A DNA stretch of 64,000 nt from positions 95,976,001 to 96,040,000 of the forward strand of contig OZ024740.1 of the NCBI GenBank assembly GCA_964016885.1. Reading direction: 5' to 3'. A program made the position numbers and the translations under genes. The notes beneath the pieces were generated by a model. The model did not search any database and had not been told where the DNA came from. It saw only the letters and a list, made by a program, of their open reading frames with translations. This DNA is from Eledone cirrhosa (taxonomy: Eukaryota). Positions 14,250 through 35,818 of the stretch are shown here, in pieces. Numbering within the stretch: the first letter of the stretch is position 1; each line of letters begins with the position of its first letter.

Positions 14250-16243
14250 GCTTGAGCAAAACAAATGTAACCTCCAGCAATGCATGATGACCATCATCAA
14301 CAAACAGAGAATAGCTGAAGAGAGGTGGGCCATTGAGAAAATCAAACTCAACCCCAAAGTGCTCTTTTCATTTGCTAAATAACACAAGGTCCCTGTCTCC
14401 ACTGTTGCTCCGTTAGTTGAGGAAACTGGCACACGCCAAGACAATGCCAAACCCATGAGCGAGATACTGCAGAAACAATACTGCCCTGTTTTCAGCAATC
14501 CTGATATGGCCGATCTGGGCTATATCAGTGATTTTAATACCCAACACACTATATCAGACATAACGTTTGGCGCCCATGATGTCTTAGCGGCAATAAACGA
14601 AATTATACACAATTCAGCAGTAGGCCCCGACAGGTTCCCTGCTTGTGTCCTGAAGGTGTGTCGACACCAACTTGCATCTCCTCTTACTAATCTGTGGAGG
14701 AACTTACTGGACACTGGCTATATTCCTGAAAACTTTCTGTCCCAGTCCGTTGTCTCAGTCTTAAAAAGGGAAATAAGTCCCTTGCAGTGAACTACCGTCC
14801 GATCTCACTCACTTCTCATAATATCAAGGTATTTGAGAGGGTGGTGAGATCACGAATAACCCACTTTCTTGAAAGCAACGGCCTGCTGAAGTCCAGCCAA
14901 CATGGGTTCCGTAAAGGAAGGGACTGCCTAACGCAGCTCCTGCATCACTTTGACGATGTCTTGAGAGCCTTTGGAGAGTGCCCCACCACTGATGTCATCT
15001 ACTTTGATTTCAGCAAGGCCTTTGACAGGGTTGATCATAAGATTCAACTGAAAAACTATCCAATATTGGTGCCTTTGGAAGATTACTACAGTGGATCAAA
15101 TGTTTCCTGACAGGCAGAACCCAGCATGTTGTAGTCGAAGGAATAACATCAAGCCCTGTCAAGGTCAGCAGTGGCGTCCCACAAGACACTGTGTTGGGTC
15201 CACTTCTTTTCATCATCAACATTAATGACATTACTGACATCATCAAGCACAGTAATATAAGAATCTTCGCATATGAATCCAAGCTCCAAGGGGTCATCAA
15301 TGAGGTGGGTGACCGGAATTACCTTTAGTCAGAACTACTGGCTGTTATCCAATGGGCAGAAATGAATAATATGCTGTTGAATGATGATAAGTTTGTATTA
15401 ATGCATTTTGGAAATAAGGGTGCCCTGAAACTACCATACTCTCTTCCTTCGGATGAATCTCTAGTGGCATCCAATAACATCAGATACCTGAAAGTAATTG
15501 TGGACAACAACATAAGCTGGGCCACTCATATAAACAGCAATGTTGATATGGCCAGCAGAATGTGTTCCTGGATTCTCAGAACTTTCCAGTCGAGATATTC
15601 CACACTGTTTTCCTTCTTTTCCCCGCTTTTTCCCGACTCAACCTTGAATACTGTTTTCCACTGCGGTCACCCCACACGAAACAAAGTATCATGAAATTTG
15701 AAGCACGCCAAATTTCAATTACAAAAAAGATAGATGGCATGACTGGCCTTGACTATTGGAGTCGATTAGAAAAGCTCAAATTTTATCCTGTCCAACGTCG
15801 CCGTGAACGCTATATTATCTCCATGATGTAGAAAATATTGCATCAGCTTTGCCCAAATGATGTTGGCATCAACTTTAATGTACACCCAAGGCATGGGCCC
15901 CGTGCTATCCGCCCACGAAACAAATCTCACTCGCATCTCAAAACAACAATACGGCACAATTATTTCACCTCGATTAGCCCAGCACTCTTTAACATTACAC
16001 CGAAACACATCAGAGCAAAGACAGACCCCACCAAGTTCAAGAAGTCTTTGGATAAATTCCTTCAAGAAATCCCTGATAAGCCTCCTAAACCCGGATATTC
16101 CTCCGTAAACAATAACTCTCTCCTCGAGTAGGACCATGGTGCCAAAACACTAATTTGTAAGACTTCGCCAGGTGGTGAAATGAATTTAGAACTGGCCTAT
16201 GTTATGCTGGCCGAAACGTATCAAAGTTATCAACGTTAAGTTA
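14250..16243 (+). mobile_element. 5'-truncated CR1/L2-group LINE ORF2 (RT), pseudogenised
   Basis: KIKLNPK.LFSFAK, SAVGPD, NYRPISLTS, QHGFRKGRDCLTQL, DVIYFDFSKAFDRVDH, SGVPQ.TVLGPLLF, LEYC.P, DYWSRLEKL..Y.VQRRRERY, FKKSLDKFL..IPD.P; the 3' end abuts (TA)n. Confidence 0.92.
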
Positions 16244-16249
16244 TATATA

Positions 16250-16819
<570 letters not shown>

Positions 16820-16839
16820 ATATATATATATATATATAT

Positions 16840-17045
16840 TGACGAAACATAAGTCAATTGCATGAACTAATAATCCTTTATTTACTGCTATATATATATA
16901 TTTCGATGATAGCTATTGAATGGCTATGACTTCATGAGGCAGTTAGTCAGTTCTTAGATATGCCAGCTCTGTGTTTAGTGTTGATGGTATCAGAACCTTG
17001 GGACATATGAGCTTGTGAGGAATAATTTAATGATGTCAGCCGGAA
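16840..17045 (-). mobile_element. pLTR fragment of the Naiad family at 26873-30188, with mutated HHR (16884-16943, core CUCAUGA)
   Basis: Close similarity to 26875-27065. Confidence 0.75.
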
Positions 17046-17105
17046 AGCACCGATTCTTTGCTTGAACTTTAATATGTTAATTTAATAAATATTATATATA
17101 TATAC

Positions 17106-17207
<102 letters not shown>

Positions 17208-17224
17208 TATATATATACGCATAT

Positions 17225-18890
<1,666 letters not shown>

Positions 18891-19042
18891 TATTTGCTCT
18901 ATGGTTCTTATCTATTGGATATATATTTATCCTTATCGAGTTCTCTTTGAATTTTATTCTTCAAATTTATTATTATTATTAGTATATATACAATATATAT
19001 ATATATATATATATATCTATATATATATATATATATATAAAT

Positions 19043-19149
<107 letters not shown>

Positions 19150-19222
19150 CATATATATATATATATAATATATATATATGTATATATAATATATATATAT
19201 ATAATAAATATATATATATATA

Positions 19223-19277
<55 letters not shown>

Positions 19278-19284
<7 letters not shown>

Positions 19285-19472
19285 GTGAGGTTTTTTTTAC
19301 AAAATGAAAAATAACCGAGGTGTCCTACACGAGTGAAAGTATAAAGAAAAAGAGATGAAATCGAAAATGCAACTGAAGTCTTATTTTTTAAAAAAATATA
19401 TATATTTATTTGGTTCCTTTACCGGTTTCGCAGTTCTTCTGCTTTTCAAAAGGTGAGTTGAGATGGAGGGTC
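19278..19472 (-). mobile_element. pLTR end of the third PLE family, with U3-A8 variant HHR (19416-19453)
   Basis: Same sequence as 30280-30468 and the reverse complement of 23152-23346. Confidence 0.8.
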
Positions 19473-19579
19473 TATATATATATATATATAAATGATCATA
19501 TATGTTGGTTGTTTACCACCTCAGTATGCAGATTGGAGCACTCGATAAAGTACGCAGGTTGGTTGGGTTACTCCGGTGT

Positions 19580-20020
19580 AATGTAAAATAAAGTAAGTAA
19601 GTCAAATATTTAAGATTTGGCCTCGTTTATTACTGCTATATATATTTCGGTGACAGGCTTCATTGGCTGTGACCTGCTCAGGCAGTCCGAATTGGTGTGA
19701 TAGAAACAGGTTTATACGTTGTTAAAGTGCTTTACTCCGTCAATACCCCGATGTGTCCAGCTCCTGATTGGGTTGTTATTTCTCTGACGATATGAATACA
19801 GTTCCTCGGAGAAATAACAACCCAAAAAGGAGCTGGACATATCGGAGTATTGAGGGAGTAAAACACTTTAACAAATGTGTACCTGTCTCCACGACACACA
19901 TTCGAACTGCCTGAAGAGGTAAGAGCCAATGAAGGCTGTGACCGAAATATATATATACCAGTCCATCTTTAATAAACGTGGCCAAATCTTAAATATTTGA
20001 CTTAATGACTCCATTTTATA
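19580..20020. mobile_element. Diverged foldback pLTR with HHR motifs on both arms (19632-19686 minus; 19906-19962 plus)
   Basis: Plus arm reads actgc-ctgaaga-ggt..acc-gaaa-tatata. Minus arm reads actgc-ctgagca-..-gaaa-tatata-ta^gcagt. Confidence 0.75.
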
Positions 20021-20025
20021 TAAAT

Positions 20026-20058
<33 letters not shown>

Positions 20059-20306
20059 GTAGATAAATCTACCAAGAGTTTACGGTAGTGTCCAATCCGT
20101 ATGAAGAACTCAATGTATTCCGGATATCATGGAATGTATTTGGTATGTATATTTAATCTTGATAATTTGTATAATTTTGTATAATTTTGTACATAGATCT
20201 GTTGAATATGCATACCAATTCTAACACATATATATCCTAGAAACGATCGTTAAATAATGAACTCTTTTTGTTTAATATAAGAAATTGTTTATTCATTATT
20301 TGTTTA

Positions 20307-20373
<67 letters not shown>

Positions 20374-20375
20374 TA

Positions 20376-21452
20376 AGAATGTCCATCATCAGTAGTCTGC
20401 TGATTACCATTGGTATTTCTTCGCATTAAAGACTAGATACCTAAAATCAGTGCGATATCGAAATTAAGTTATCGGGATAGAGGAAACAGAGGAAAGGAAA
20501 CAAACAATATGGTAGTAATGCATCGTAAAGTGAGGAAAAGTGAGACAAGTCAATGAATCTTAAGGGCTTACGTCCGACAAATCAAATGACGAGAAGCAAC
20601 AGACGCATACGAGCCACGAGAAAAGTGAGAGAGGAAAGAATATTTCACTCAGGTCAGACGGGGGGAAGTGAGAGAGAAGGAATACCAGAGAGTAATTTAG
20701 TCACAGTGTGAGGAAGGGGCCAGTCGAGAGGAGGTGACCAGCAGCGGGAGTGGAGGAAAGCAAGAGGTGAAGGAGAGAGAAAGTGGAGAGCAGTAAGGTA
20801 AACAGAAAAAATACGAAACTCATTGAAGGGAAACAAATATACATGTGAATGAAAAACAGCGTGCTGTGTTGTTGCGATTATGAACATGAATAAAAGTAGA
20901 CCATGTTCATATTCGCAACAACGCAGCAAGCCAATTCTCATTCACATCTATATTTTTTCCCTTTGCTGTGGTTCGTAATTTTTCTGTCACCTTACTGCTA
21001 TCCACTTTCTCTGTCCCCCTTCTCTCTCATTCACCTCTTGCTTTCCTCCACTCCCGCTGCTGGTCGCTCGCACTCGGCTGGTCCCTTCCTCACACTTTCA
21101 CTCACTGACTCTCTGCTACTCCTCCTCTCTCACTTTTCTCGTGGCTCGGACACGTCTGTTTCTTCTCCTCATTTGATTTGTCGGACTTAAGCCCACAAGA
21201 TTCGTTGACTTGTCTCTCTTTTCCTCTATTTACGTGCATACTACCATGTTGTTTGTTTCCTTTCCTCTCTTTTCCTCTGTCCGATAATTTAATTTAGTTA
21301 TCGCTGGCACTGATTTTAGGTATCTAGTCTTTAATGCGAAGAAATACCAATAATAATCAGCAGGCTACTGATGACGGACATTCTTGTTTGAAGGTCTATC
21401 TTTATTCATATGTTCATATTCAACAACGCAGCACGCACTTTTTCATTCACAT
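20376..21452. mobile_element. Non-coding monomer of about 507 bp, present as an inverted pair plus a partial tandem, in (TA)n
   Basis: 20376-20890 is the reverse complement of about 20903-21387. atgttcatattc..caacaacgcagca occurs at 20903 and 21410. Related to 56548-57358. Confidence 0.75.
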
Positions 21453-21538
21453 ATAATATATATATATAATACATATAAATATATATATATATAGAGAGAG
21501 AGATTACAGTAATCAAAGTTCAGTATAAGTCATTTATT

Positions 21539-21585
21539 TGCTTACAATTGTTTCCTCCAAACCGAGGTTTGGATTCTTCGGAGCA
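21539..21585 (-). ncRNA. Type I hammerhead ribozyme with U4C core
   Basis: ugcu-ccgaaga-a-uccaaac/guuugga-g-gaaa-caauug-ua^agca, then aataaa. Confidence 0.7.
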
Positions 21586-22291
21586 GTTATTTATAACATA
21601 CTTGACCTCCTTTTCAACCCAAGAGACACATAAAACATATGGGCATATTGATCAACAGTGGGGTGACATTCATCAAATGAAATAGCATGGCAATTTACAT
21701 ATAAAGTGTTACCTGATAAAAATAAAGTGTTACATGATAATAATAAAATAAAATAAAATAAAATAAAATAAAATAAAATGTAATAAAAGCAAGAGTGAAA
21801 ATAAGGATAAACATGAAGCGTTGGCAGTCTATGAAGATAAAGCAAGAGGAAAGCTTAGAGTAGTCAGTGCATGAAGCAATTTCGCGTGTAGCATGCACGC
21901 TTGTCTTATCTATACATGATTAGAGTGCGTCAGAATGATATTTGCAGGGTCAGGCAGTTGAAGCAGGCAATCGATCTTATAATATATGCTGAATTATTAG
22001 GTCATTAATTCTCATACATCTGTATGATATACAGTCACGGATGCGGGGAAACACCAAAATGTCAAAAACCTTCAACATACTATAAACCTTGTTGTATCGT
22101 AGGTAAGGTCGTACCACTGTCGTTGCTCACACCACCACTCACATAATCCATGAGACGCAATATATATATTACTTACTGGTAATAGGATAGTAATTAAAGA
22201 CTATCTCTCACTATTTAGGGTTTGTGTATATATAATATATTACCATCAAAGGTTTTATTGCATACATAACCATAAATAGTACCCTTAATAC

Positions 22292-22351
<60 letters not shown>

Positions 22352-22359
<8 letters not shown>

Positions 22360-22555
22360 GATAGTGTATGACCCCGGCAGCAGAGATCGATCCGTTTCGA
22401 CGGCTATTTCTGGACTCCAGAAATAGCCGTCGAAACGGCTTGAGTTCTGCCGCCCGGGTCATACTTTCTCCTATTACCCACTCGACTACCCTAAGTATTG
22501 AGTACTCTGGTGCGTTATGGTCCATCTGGTCCCTTACGACAATCCCTTCGTTATA
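22352..22555 (+). mobile_element. Short foldback pLTR end (family of 16351-16819)
   Basis: Hairpin centred near 22415; the 3' part is the reverse complement of 16351-16490. Confidence 0.8.
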
Positions 22556-22579
22556 TAATATATATATATATATTATGTA

Positions 22580-23339
22580 AAACAAAAATTCAAACACACA
22601 CACACACAACACACACACACACACACACACTCACACACACACACACAAGCACACAAATAAATATACATATCTTTACTTTCTTCATTCAATAGAAAATCTG
22701 AATTCTGACACCCCTGCGAACTACCCATATTCACTGAACCAGATCATTTCTCCCATCCAATTTCTCTTGACCATTATCTTTTACTTGTCATAAAATTCTC
22801 TAAAAAGGCTACAGAATGGATTTCCAAATAAGGGCGCGAAAATTTAATGAAAACTTGTTCACGTGATAGCCATAATTTCATTTATAACCAATCAAATTAC
22901 GTTTATTAAAAAAAACCTTCGTGAGCCCCCTTTTTTTAAGTAAAAAGAAATTCAAACACTCATATATGATAAAACAACCTGTGACCCCCCCCCTTTGTTT
23001 GAAGAATATTGGCACGCGAACTAGCGCGAAATTTATTATAATTATTGATCAACCAATCAAATGACTTCTCGAAAAACCTGGCATTTCGAGCCACTTTTTC
23101 CATATAAAACAAGTAACATTCAGAGACCAACCAGATGTGAGAAAAACCACAGACCCTACATCTCAACTCACCTTTTGAAAAGCAGAAGAACTGCGAAACC
23201 GGTAAAGGAACCAAATAAATATATATATATTTTTTTTTGATAAGACTCCAGTTGCATTTTCGATTTCATCTGTTATTCTTTATAATTTCACTCGTGTAGG
23301 ACACCTCGGTTATTTTTCATTTTGTAAAAAAAACCTCAC

Positions 23340-23346
<7 letters not shown>
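22580..23346 (+). mobile_element. 3'UTR/pLTR fragment of the third PLE family
   Basis: Reverse complement of about 30280-31120. Confidence 0.8.
23171..23208 (+). ncRNA. Minimal hammerhead ribozyme, U3-A8 compensatory core variant
   Basis: cctt-TTGAAAA-gcag-aagaa-ctgc-GAAA-ccgg-ta^aagg; perfect stems I and II; predicted cleavage after 23204. Confidence 0.85.
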
Positions 23347-30188
<6,842 letters not shown>

Positions 30189-30203
30189 ATCTATCTCTTT
30201 ATA

Positions 30204-30279
<76 letters not shown>

Positions 30280-30286
<7 letters not shown>

Positions 30287-31725
30287 GTTAGGTTTCCTAC
30301 AAAATGAAAAATAACCGAGGTGTCCTACACGAGTGAAAGTAGAAAGAAAAGAAGATGAAATCAAAAATTCAACTGGAGTATTATTTAAAAAAATTATATA
30401 TTTATTTGGTTCCTTTACCGGTTTCGCTGTTCTTCTGCTTTTCAAAAGTACAGCTGAGATGGAGGGTCTGTGGTTTTTCTCACATCTGGTTGGTCTTTGA
30501 ATGTTACTTGTTTTATATGGAAAAATTGGTTCGAAACGCCTGGTTTTTAGAGATGTAAATTGATTAGTTGGTCAACAAGTACAATATATTTCGCGCCAGT
30601 TCGAATTACAAAGTTCTCCAAACAAGGGGGGGGGGCAGTTTGTTTTTCCATATATGAATGTTTGAAATTTTTTTACTTAAAAAAAGGGCCTCACGAATTT
30701 TTTTTTAAAAATGTAATTTGATTGGTTATAAATTAAAATATGGCTGTCACGTGAACAAGTTCATTAAATTTCGCGCCCGTATTTTTGGAATTTATTTTGT
30801 AGTCATTTAGAGAATTTTATGACAATAAAAAACGTGGCTCACGAAGGTTTTTATTTTTTAAATGCAATTTGATAGTTATTAATGAAATTATGACTGTCAC
30901 GTGAACAACTTCATTAAATTTCGCGCCCGTCTCTGGGAATTTATTTTGTAGCCTTTCAGGAATTTTATGAAATGCAAAAGAATGGTCAAGAGAAATGGGA
31001 TGGGAGAATTGTTCTGGTTCATTGAATATGGCTAGATCGCTGGGGTGTCAGAGTTCAGATTTTCTATTGAAATAAAGAAAGTAGACATATGTATGTTTAT
31101 TTGGGTGTGTGTGTGTGTGTGTGTATGTGTGTGTGTAGGAAGATAATTCTATTGGTAAAAATGGGGGAGGGAGTTGTGTGTGTATGTGGGAGTATGTTAA
31201 GATGGAGAGAATATATATATTTTGTGTGTGTATGTGTGTGTGTAGGAAAGTATTTCTATATGTAGAAATGGAGGAGGGAGTTGTGTGTGTGGGGGTGTTA
31301 TGTGTGTATGTGTATGCGTCTGTTTGGATGGTTAGCATGATATGGTGTTGACATAATGTATATTAAAACATATTTAATGCTGGTCTATATTTTTGAATAA
31401 ACACATTTTCCTTATTTAACCGTATTTGTTCTGTTGCATTGTCAGCGCAAAGGTAAAATGGGAAGGCTTGGAATTTGGGTGTCTTATTACTTGTGGAAAT
31501 GTCTAGATGTGCGCTTAGTGGTATCTTTCTGGTAGTTGGATCTCGTAATTGTTGGCCATGAACTGTCATTCTATTTCTGAGTGTGAGTTTAGTTTGTCCT
31601 ATATAATCTTCATTGCATCCTTTACATTTAATGGCATAACATATATTTTTTGATGAGCAAGTGAAGTCATTTTTTACAGCTACATTTTGTTCTGATTTAA
31701 ATGTATACGTGTTGCCTACAATGAG
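30280..31725 (-). mobile_element. 3' fragment of a third PLE family: GIY-YIG endonuclease (31363-31725) plus 3'UTR with U3-A8 HHR (30412-30448)
   Basis: FTCSSKNICYAIKCKGCNEDYIGQTKLTLRNRMTVH...RLNKENVFIQKYRPALN. Confidence 0.85.
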
Positions 31726-31733
31726 GTATATTT

Positions 31734-31802
<69 letters not shown>

Positions 31803-31809
31803 ATATATA

Positions 31810-32262
31810 TACAATATTAAATAAATGGAAAACTGTATTTATAAAACCATATTTATTTCATTATATATATTTCGGGGATAACATATTAACAATATGCTAT
31901 GCCTTCATCAGACAAAATACAATATAAACAGTTTTATAGATAAATATATTCAACATACCGTAATAAACATCAACTTCATTTGAAGAGGTTTACGCTAACC
32001 TCTTCAAATGAAGTTGATGTTTATTACGGTATGTTGAATATATTTATCTATAAAACTGTTTATATTGTATTTTGTCTGATGAAGGCATAGCATATTGTTA
32101 ATATGATATCCCCGAAATATATATAATGAAATAAATATGGTTTTATAAATATAGTTTTCCATTTATTTAATATTGTAAATATACTCCAAATATTTGTCGA
32201 GTGCTTTTATATCAGTTATAAATATTTACTAGTTGTAACCCAACAATTTTAAATGTAACTTT
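31810..32262. mobile_element. Foldback pLTR (arms 31810-31990 and 31997-32178) with an intact HHR on each arm (31854-31919 minus; 32068-32133 plus)
   Basis: tattttgt-ctgatga-agg..ccc-gaaa-tatata-ta^atgaaata; related to the 5272-7435 family. Confidence 0.85.
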
Positions 32263-32264
32263 AC

Positions 32265-32305
<41 letters not shown>

Positions 32306-32376
32306 TATATATATAATATATATATAATATAATTATATTTATATAATATATATATATATAAATATATAATATATAT

Positions 32377-32447
<71 letters not shown>

Positions 32448-32566
32448 TAATATATATATAATATATTTATATATATATATAATATATATATATACATATA
32501 TAATATATATATATATATATCATATATATATATATATATAATATATATATCTCTCTCTCTCTCTAT

Positions 32567-32642
<76 letters not shown>

Positions 32643-32671
32643 TACATATATAAATAATATTTATATATATA

Positions 32672-32817
32672 TAATTGTTTCTACTATTGGCACAAGGCCA
32701 GAAAATTACCCAGTACATTACTGGTACTTTATTTTATCGACCCCGTAAGGATGAAAGGCAAAGTTAACCTCGGCGGGATTTGAACTCAGAATGGCAAGGG
32801 CCGTAACTCTATGCGTC
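32672..32817 (-). mobile_element. SINE with Nin-like domain, 5'-truncated
   Basis: Reverse complement contains gttcaaatccc (B box) and gcctttcatccttacggggtcgataaaataaagtaccag. Confidence 0.8.
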
Positions 32818-32928
32818 TATATATATAATATCTATATATATATCGTATATATATATATAATACATACATATATATATAATATTTATATATATATGTATAT
32901 ATATATATTTATATATATATATATATAG

Positions 32929-33148
32929 TGAAGGCGTGTGGCTGAGTGGTTAGAGAATCGAACTCACACTCTTGAGATTGTGAGTTCGATTCCTGGACCG
33001 GGCGATGCGTTATGTCCTTGAGCAAGACACTTTATTTCACGTTGCTCCTTCTACCTGGAGTTGCGACCGATAGATAGTACTAGCAACTGGAAAGACCGAC
33101 GAAAACATTGTTTCCTCGGTCCGATTTGACGAAAGTCGATCGATCCTT
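32929..33148 (+). mobile_element. tRNA-derived CORE-like SINE
   Basis: A box tggctgagtgg (32939), B box gttcgattcc (32984), then tgtccttgagcaagacactt. Confidence 0.75.
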
Positions 33149-33270
33149 TTTATATACATATAATATTTATATACATATATAATATTTATATATATATATA
33201 TATAATATATATAATATATATAATATATATATATGGAATATATATATATATAATATATATACATATATAT

Positions 33271-33462
33271 GAAAAAGTATGTCCCCGACGGCAGAGCTCA
33301 AGTCGTTTCGACGGCTATTTCTAGTCCAGAAATAGCCGTCGGAACGGCTTGAGCTCTACCCTCGGTGTCATATTTTTTTCCTATTTCCCACTCTACTATC
33401 CTAAGATTGAGTCCTCTGGTGCGTTAAGGTCCAACTTGTTCCTTACCACAATTCCTTTGTTA
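33271..33462 (+). mobile_element. Short foldback pLTR end (family of 16351-16819)
   Basis: Hairpin centred near 33324; same body as 22352-22555. Confidence 0.8.
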
Positions 33463-33496
33463 TATAATATATATATATATATATATATAATATATA

Positions 33497-33542
<46 letters not shown>

Positions 33543-33558
33543 TTTATATATATTTATT

Positions 33559-33604
<46 letters not shown>

Positions 33605-35602
33605 CATGTATATATATACATTATATATATTTATATATATTTGTATATATATATATATTATTAACATGTAAAGGACCATATATATATATATATGTGCATG
33701 CGACATTCGTACCAACAATGTACCAGCTAACATCCGCAAATTCTGTAGAGCAAATAACACCAACCGAGATCCATTTGAGTTTGTGTTGGTTCTATATTGA
33801 GATGACCCTAAATAGTCAACAGAGTATACCATCTCTTAAAAGGTGCCCCAAACATTTTCTGGACCAGCTATGCATCTCCCAGCCTTCCTCGTTTGCTGCA
33901 CAGTACTCAAACCGTATCCAGAAACATGTCCCAACTTATACTTTACACTAGCTCACACTTAGGCAATTGCATACCGAAACATACTTTCCGTTGTGGCACA
34001 GTATGACGTATGGACCTATTCACATATATATAAACACGCATGCCAAAGAACGTTATACACGCATATTATATACAAACTGGTATTACACTAATTATTATGA
34101 ATAAAACCGCTACAGTCACTAACATTATACGATATAACAGGCCTTATGAATAATCTGCATAAACAGAGGTAATAATTAGAAGCAAATGCTTAGCATATAT
34201 TTCAAAAATATTTGAACCACTACTTGCATAACTGAAAAGTCATATGGGTCTCAATTCACACCTGATAATAGCTCTTAGTTCGAGCACACAGAACTGAGGT
34301 AATAAATTTCGCACATACATAACAAGGATTCGCATATAATTATATACATACATACGCAAATAAAATTATTAACACACCCACATACATACATGTTATCATC
34401 ATTTATACTTTCATTAACACACATAGACACACAACCTTTCCCATTGCTCCCTTGTCACAGAAATAACCACATCAAATGCCCTATTTAAACATATATGGGT
34501 ACTAAATATCAAATGTATGCACAATAATATAAATTGGAGATGAAAAGAAAATCAAACTTAATACATCAGTTGATCCACAAATATTGGCTTTTTACCAATG
34601 AAAGAAGTAGAATGCCACAGGGTTTATAATCTTCAGACGAAAGCTTGAAATACAATAATCATTTTGAGACGTTGTTTATATCCAATCCCCTGATATAGAA
34701 CACAGATTATACAGCTATGAATTCAAAACTCATTTCACACACACTGAAAAACTATTACAATATTCCAACTCCCTCTTTTCTCAACAACACACGCTTTAAT
34801 AACACCGCCACATACAAAAGGACTGCTGCCATACAGAATACCTCAACATGAGCAAACTACCAATATAACCTACTAACACTTTTCCTCATTTACTTCATTT
34901 TCTCCCTCTCCAAAACTAAGTCTAATACCGTGAACTTAATATGTATTCCTCTGGTGATAGTTGCATTAAATAAATATATTTACTCCGAGAGTTGCGACCG
35001 CTTCATCAATTATCAATTTCTCTTCTCTCACACTAGATTCTCGCTAAATATCGTTTTTTTTATTTTGGATATAATCGTTTTGTATGTTCTATATAATTCG
35101 CCTGAGGATATGTCCGACAAAAAAGTTTGCAGATGTACAACACAACACACATACACCAGCGTGTGTTTGTTATAAAATATGGAAAACATATCTTTACTAT
35201 AAATAACCTACATATAAGTAAACGTATAAAACAAATAGTGTGAGATAAATTGAAATATGATTAATGTGTACTCTTGGGTTTTGAATAATATACCCCTCCT
35301 CCAACTCGTCATCAATTTTGCTAATCTATCTGCGGTGAAATGTCGTTCTAATTGGTAACATTCCTATGTTAATTAATTTTCTTTATACATTAAAAAATAT
35401 TATACATATTAAGGGTATAGATTACCAGAAATCTCATACGCTAAGATATAAATGGGATTGGTTGGGTCTCAATATGTAAACTAAATGATTAATTCTGTTT
35501 TTTATAAAATTCAACGGTGACAACCTAGAAAAATTACCGATTTTTCAACTAGCCGATTTTTCAACTCCCCCGCTTAACCCCCAACCGCTATTATTTGGGA
35601 CG

Positions 35603-35818
35603 TTGAGGGCGATGGATTGGCGGTATCTGTAGAGCGCCGGACAAAATGCTTTGCATCATAGCGTTACGTCATTTTACGTTCTGAGTTCAAGTTTCACCGA
35701 GATCAACTTTGCCTTTCATCTTTACGGGGTCGATAAAATAAAGTACAACTAACACACTGGGGTAAATTTGATTGGCTTTCCTCTCTCCCCAAATGGCCTT
35801 GTGCCTAAATCATAAACC
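35603..35818 (+). mobile_element. Full-length Nin-like SINE with 13-bp target-site duplication (TSD)
   Basis: attatttgggacg at 35590-35602 and 35819-35831. Confidence 0.85.

Noticed and set aside
16190-16230. Hammerhead at the CR1-group LINE 3' end (ggcc..ggccgaaacgtatc)
   Set aside because: No CUGANGA or stem I; more likely the LINE 3' recognition stem-loop.
35098-35195. ctgagga...gaaaacatatc as a hammerhead
   Set aside because: No stem I pairing and a poor stem III.
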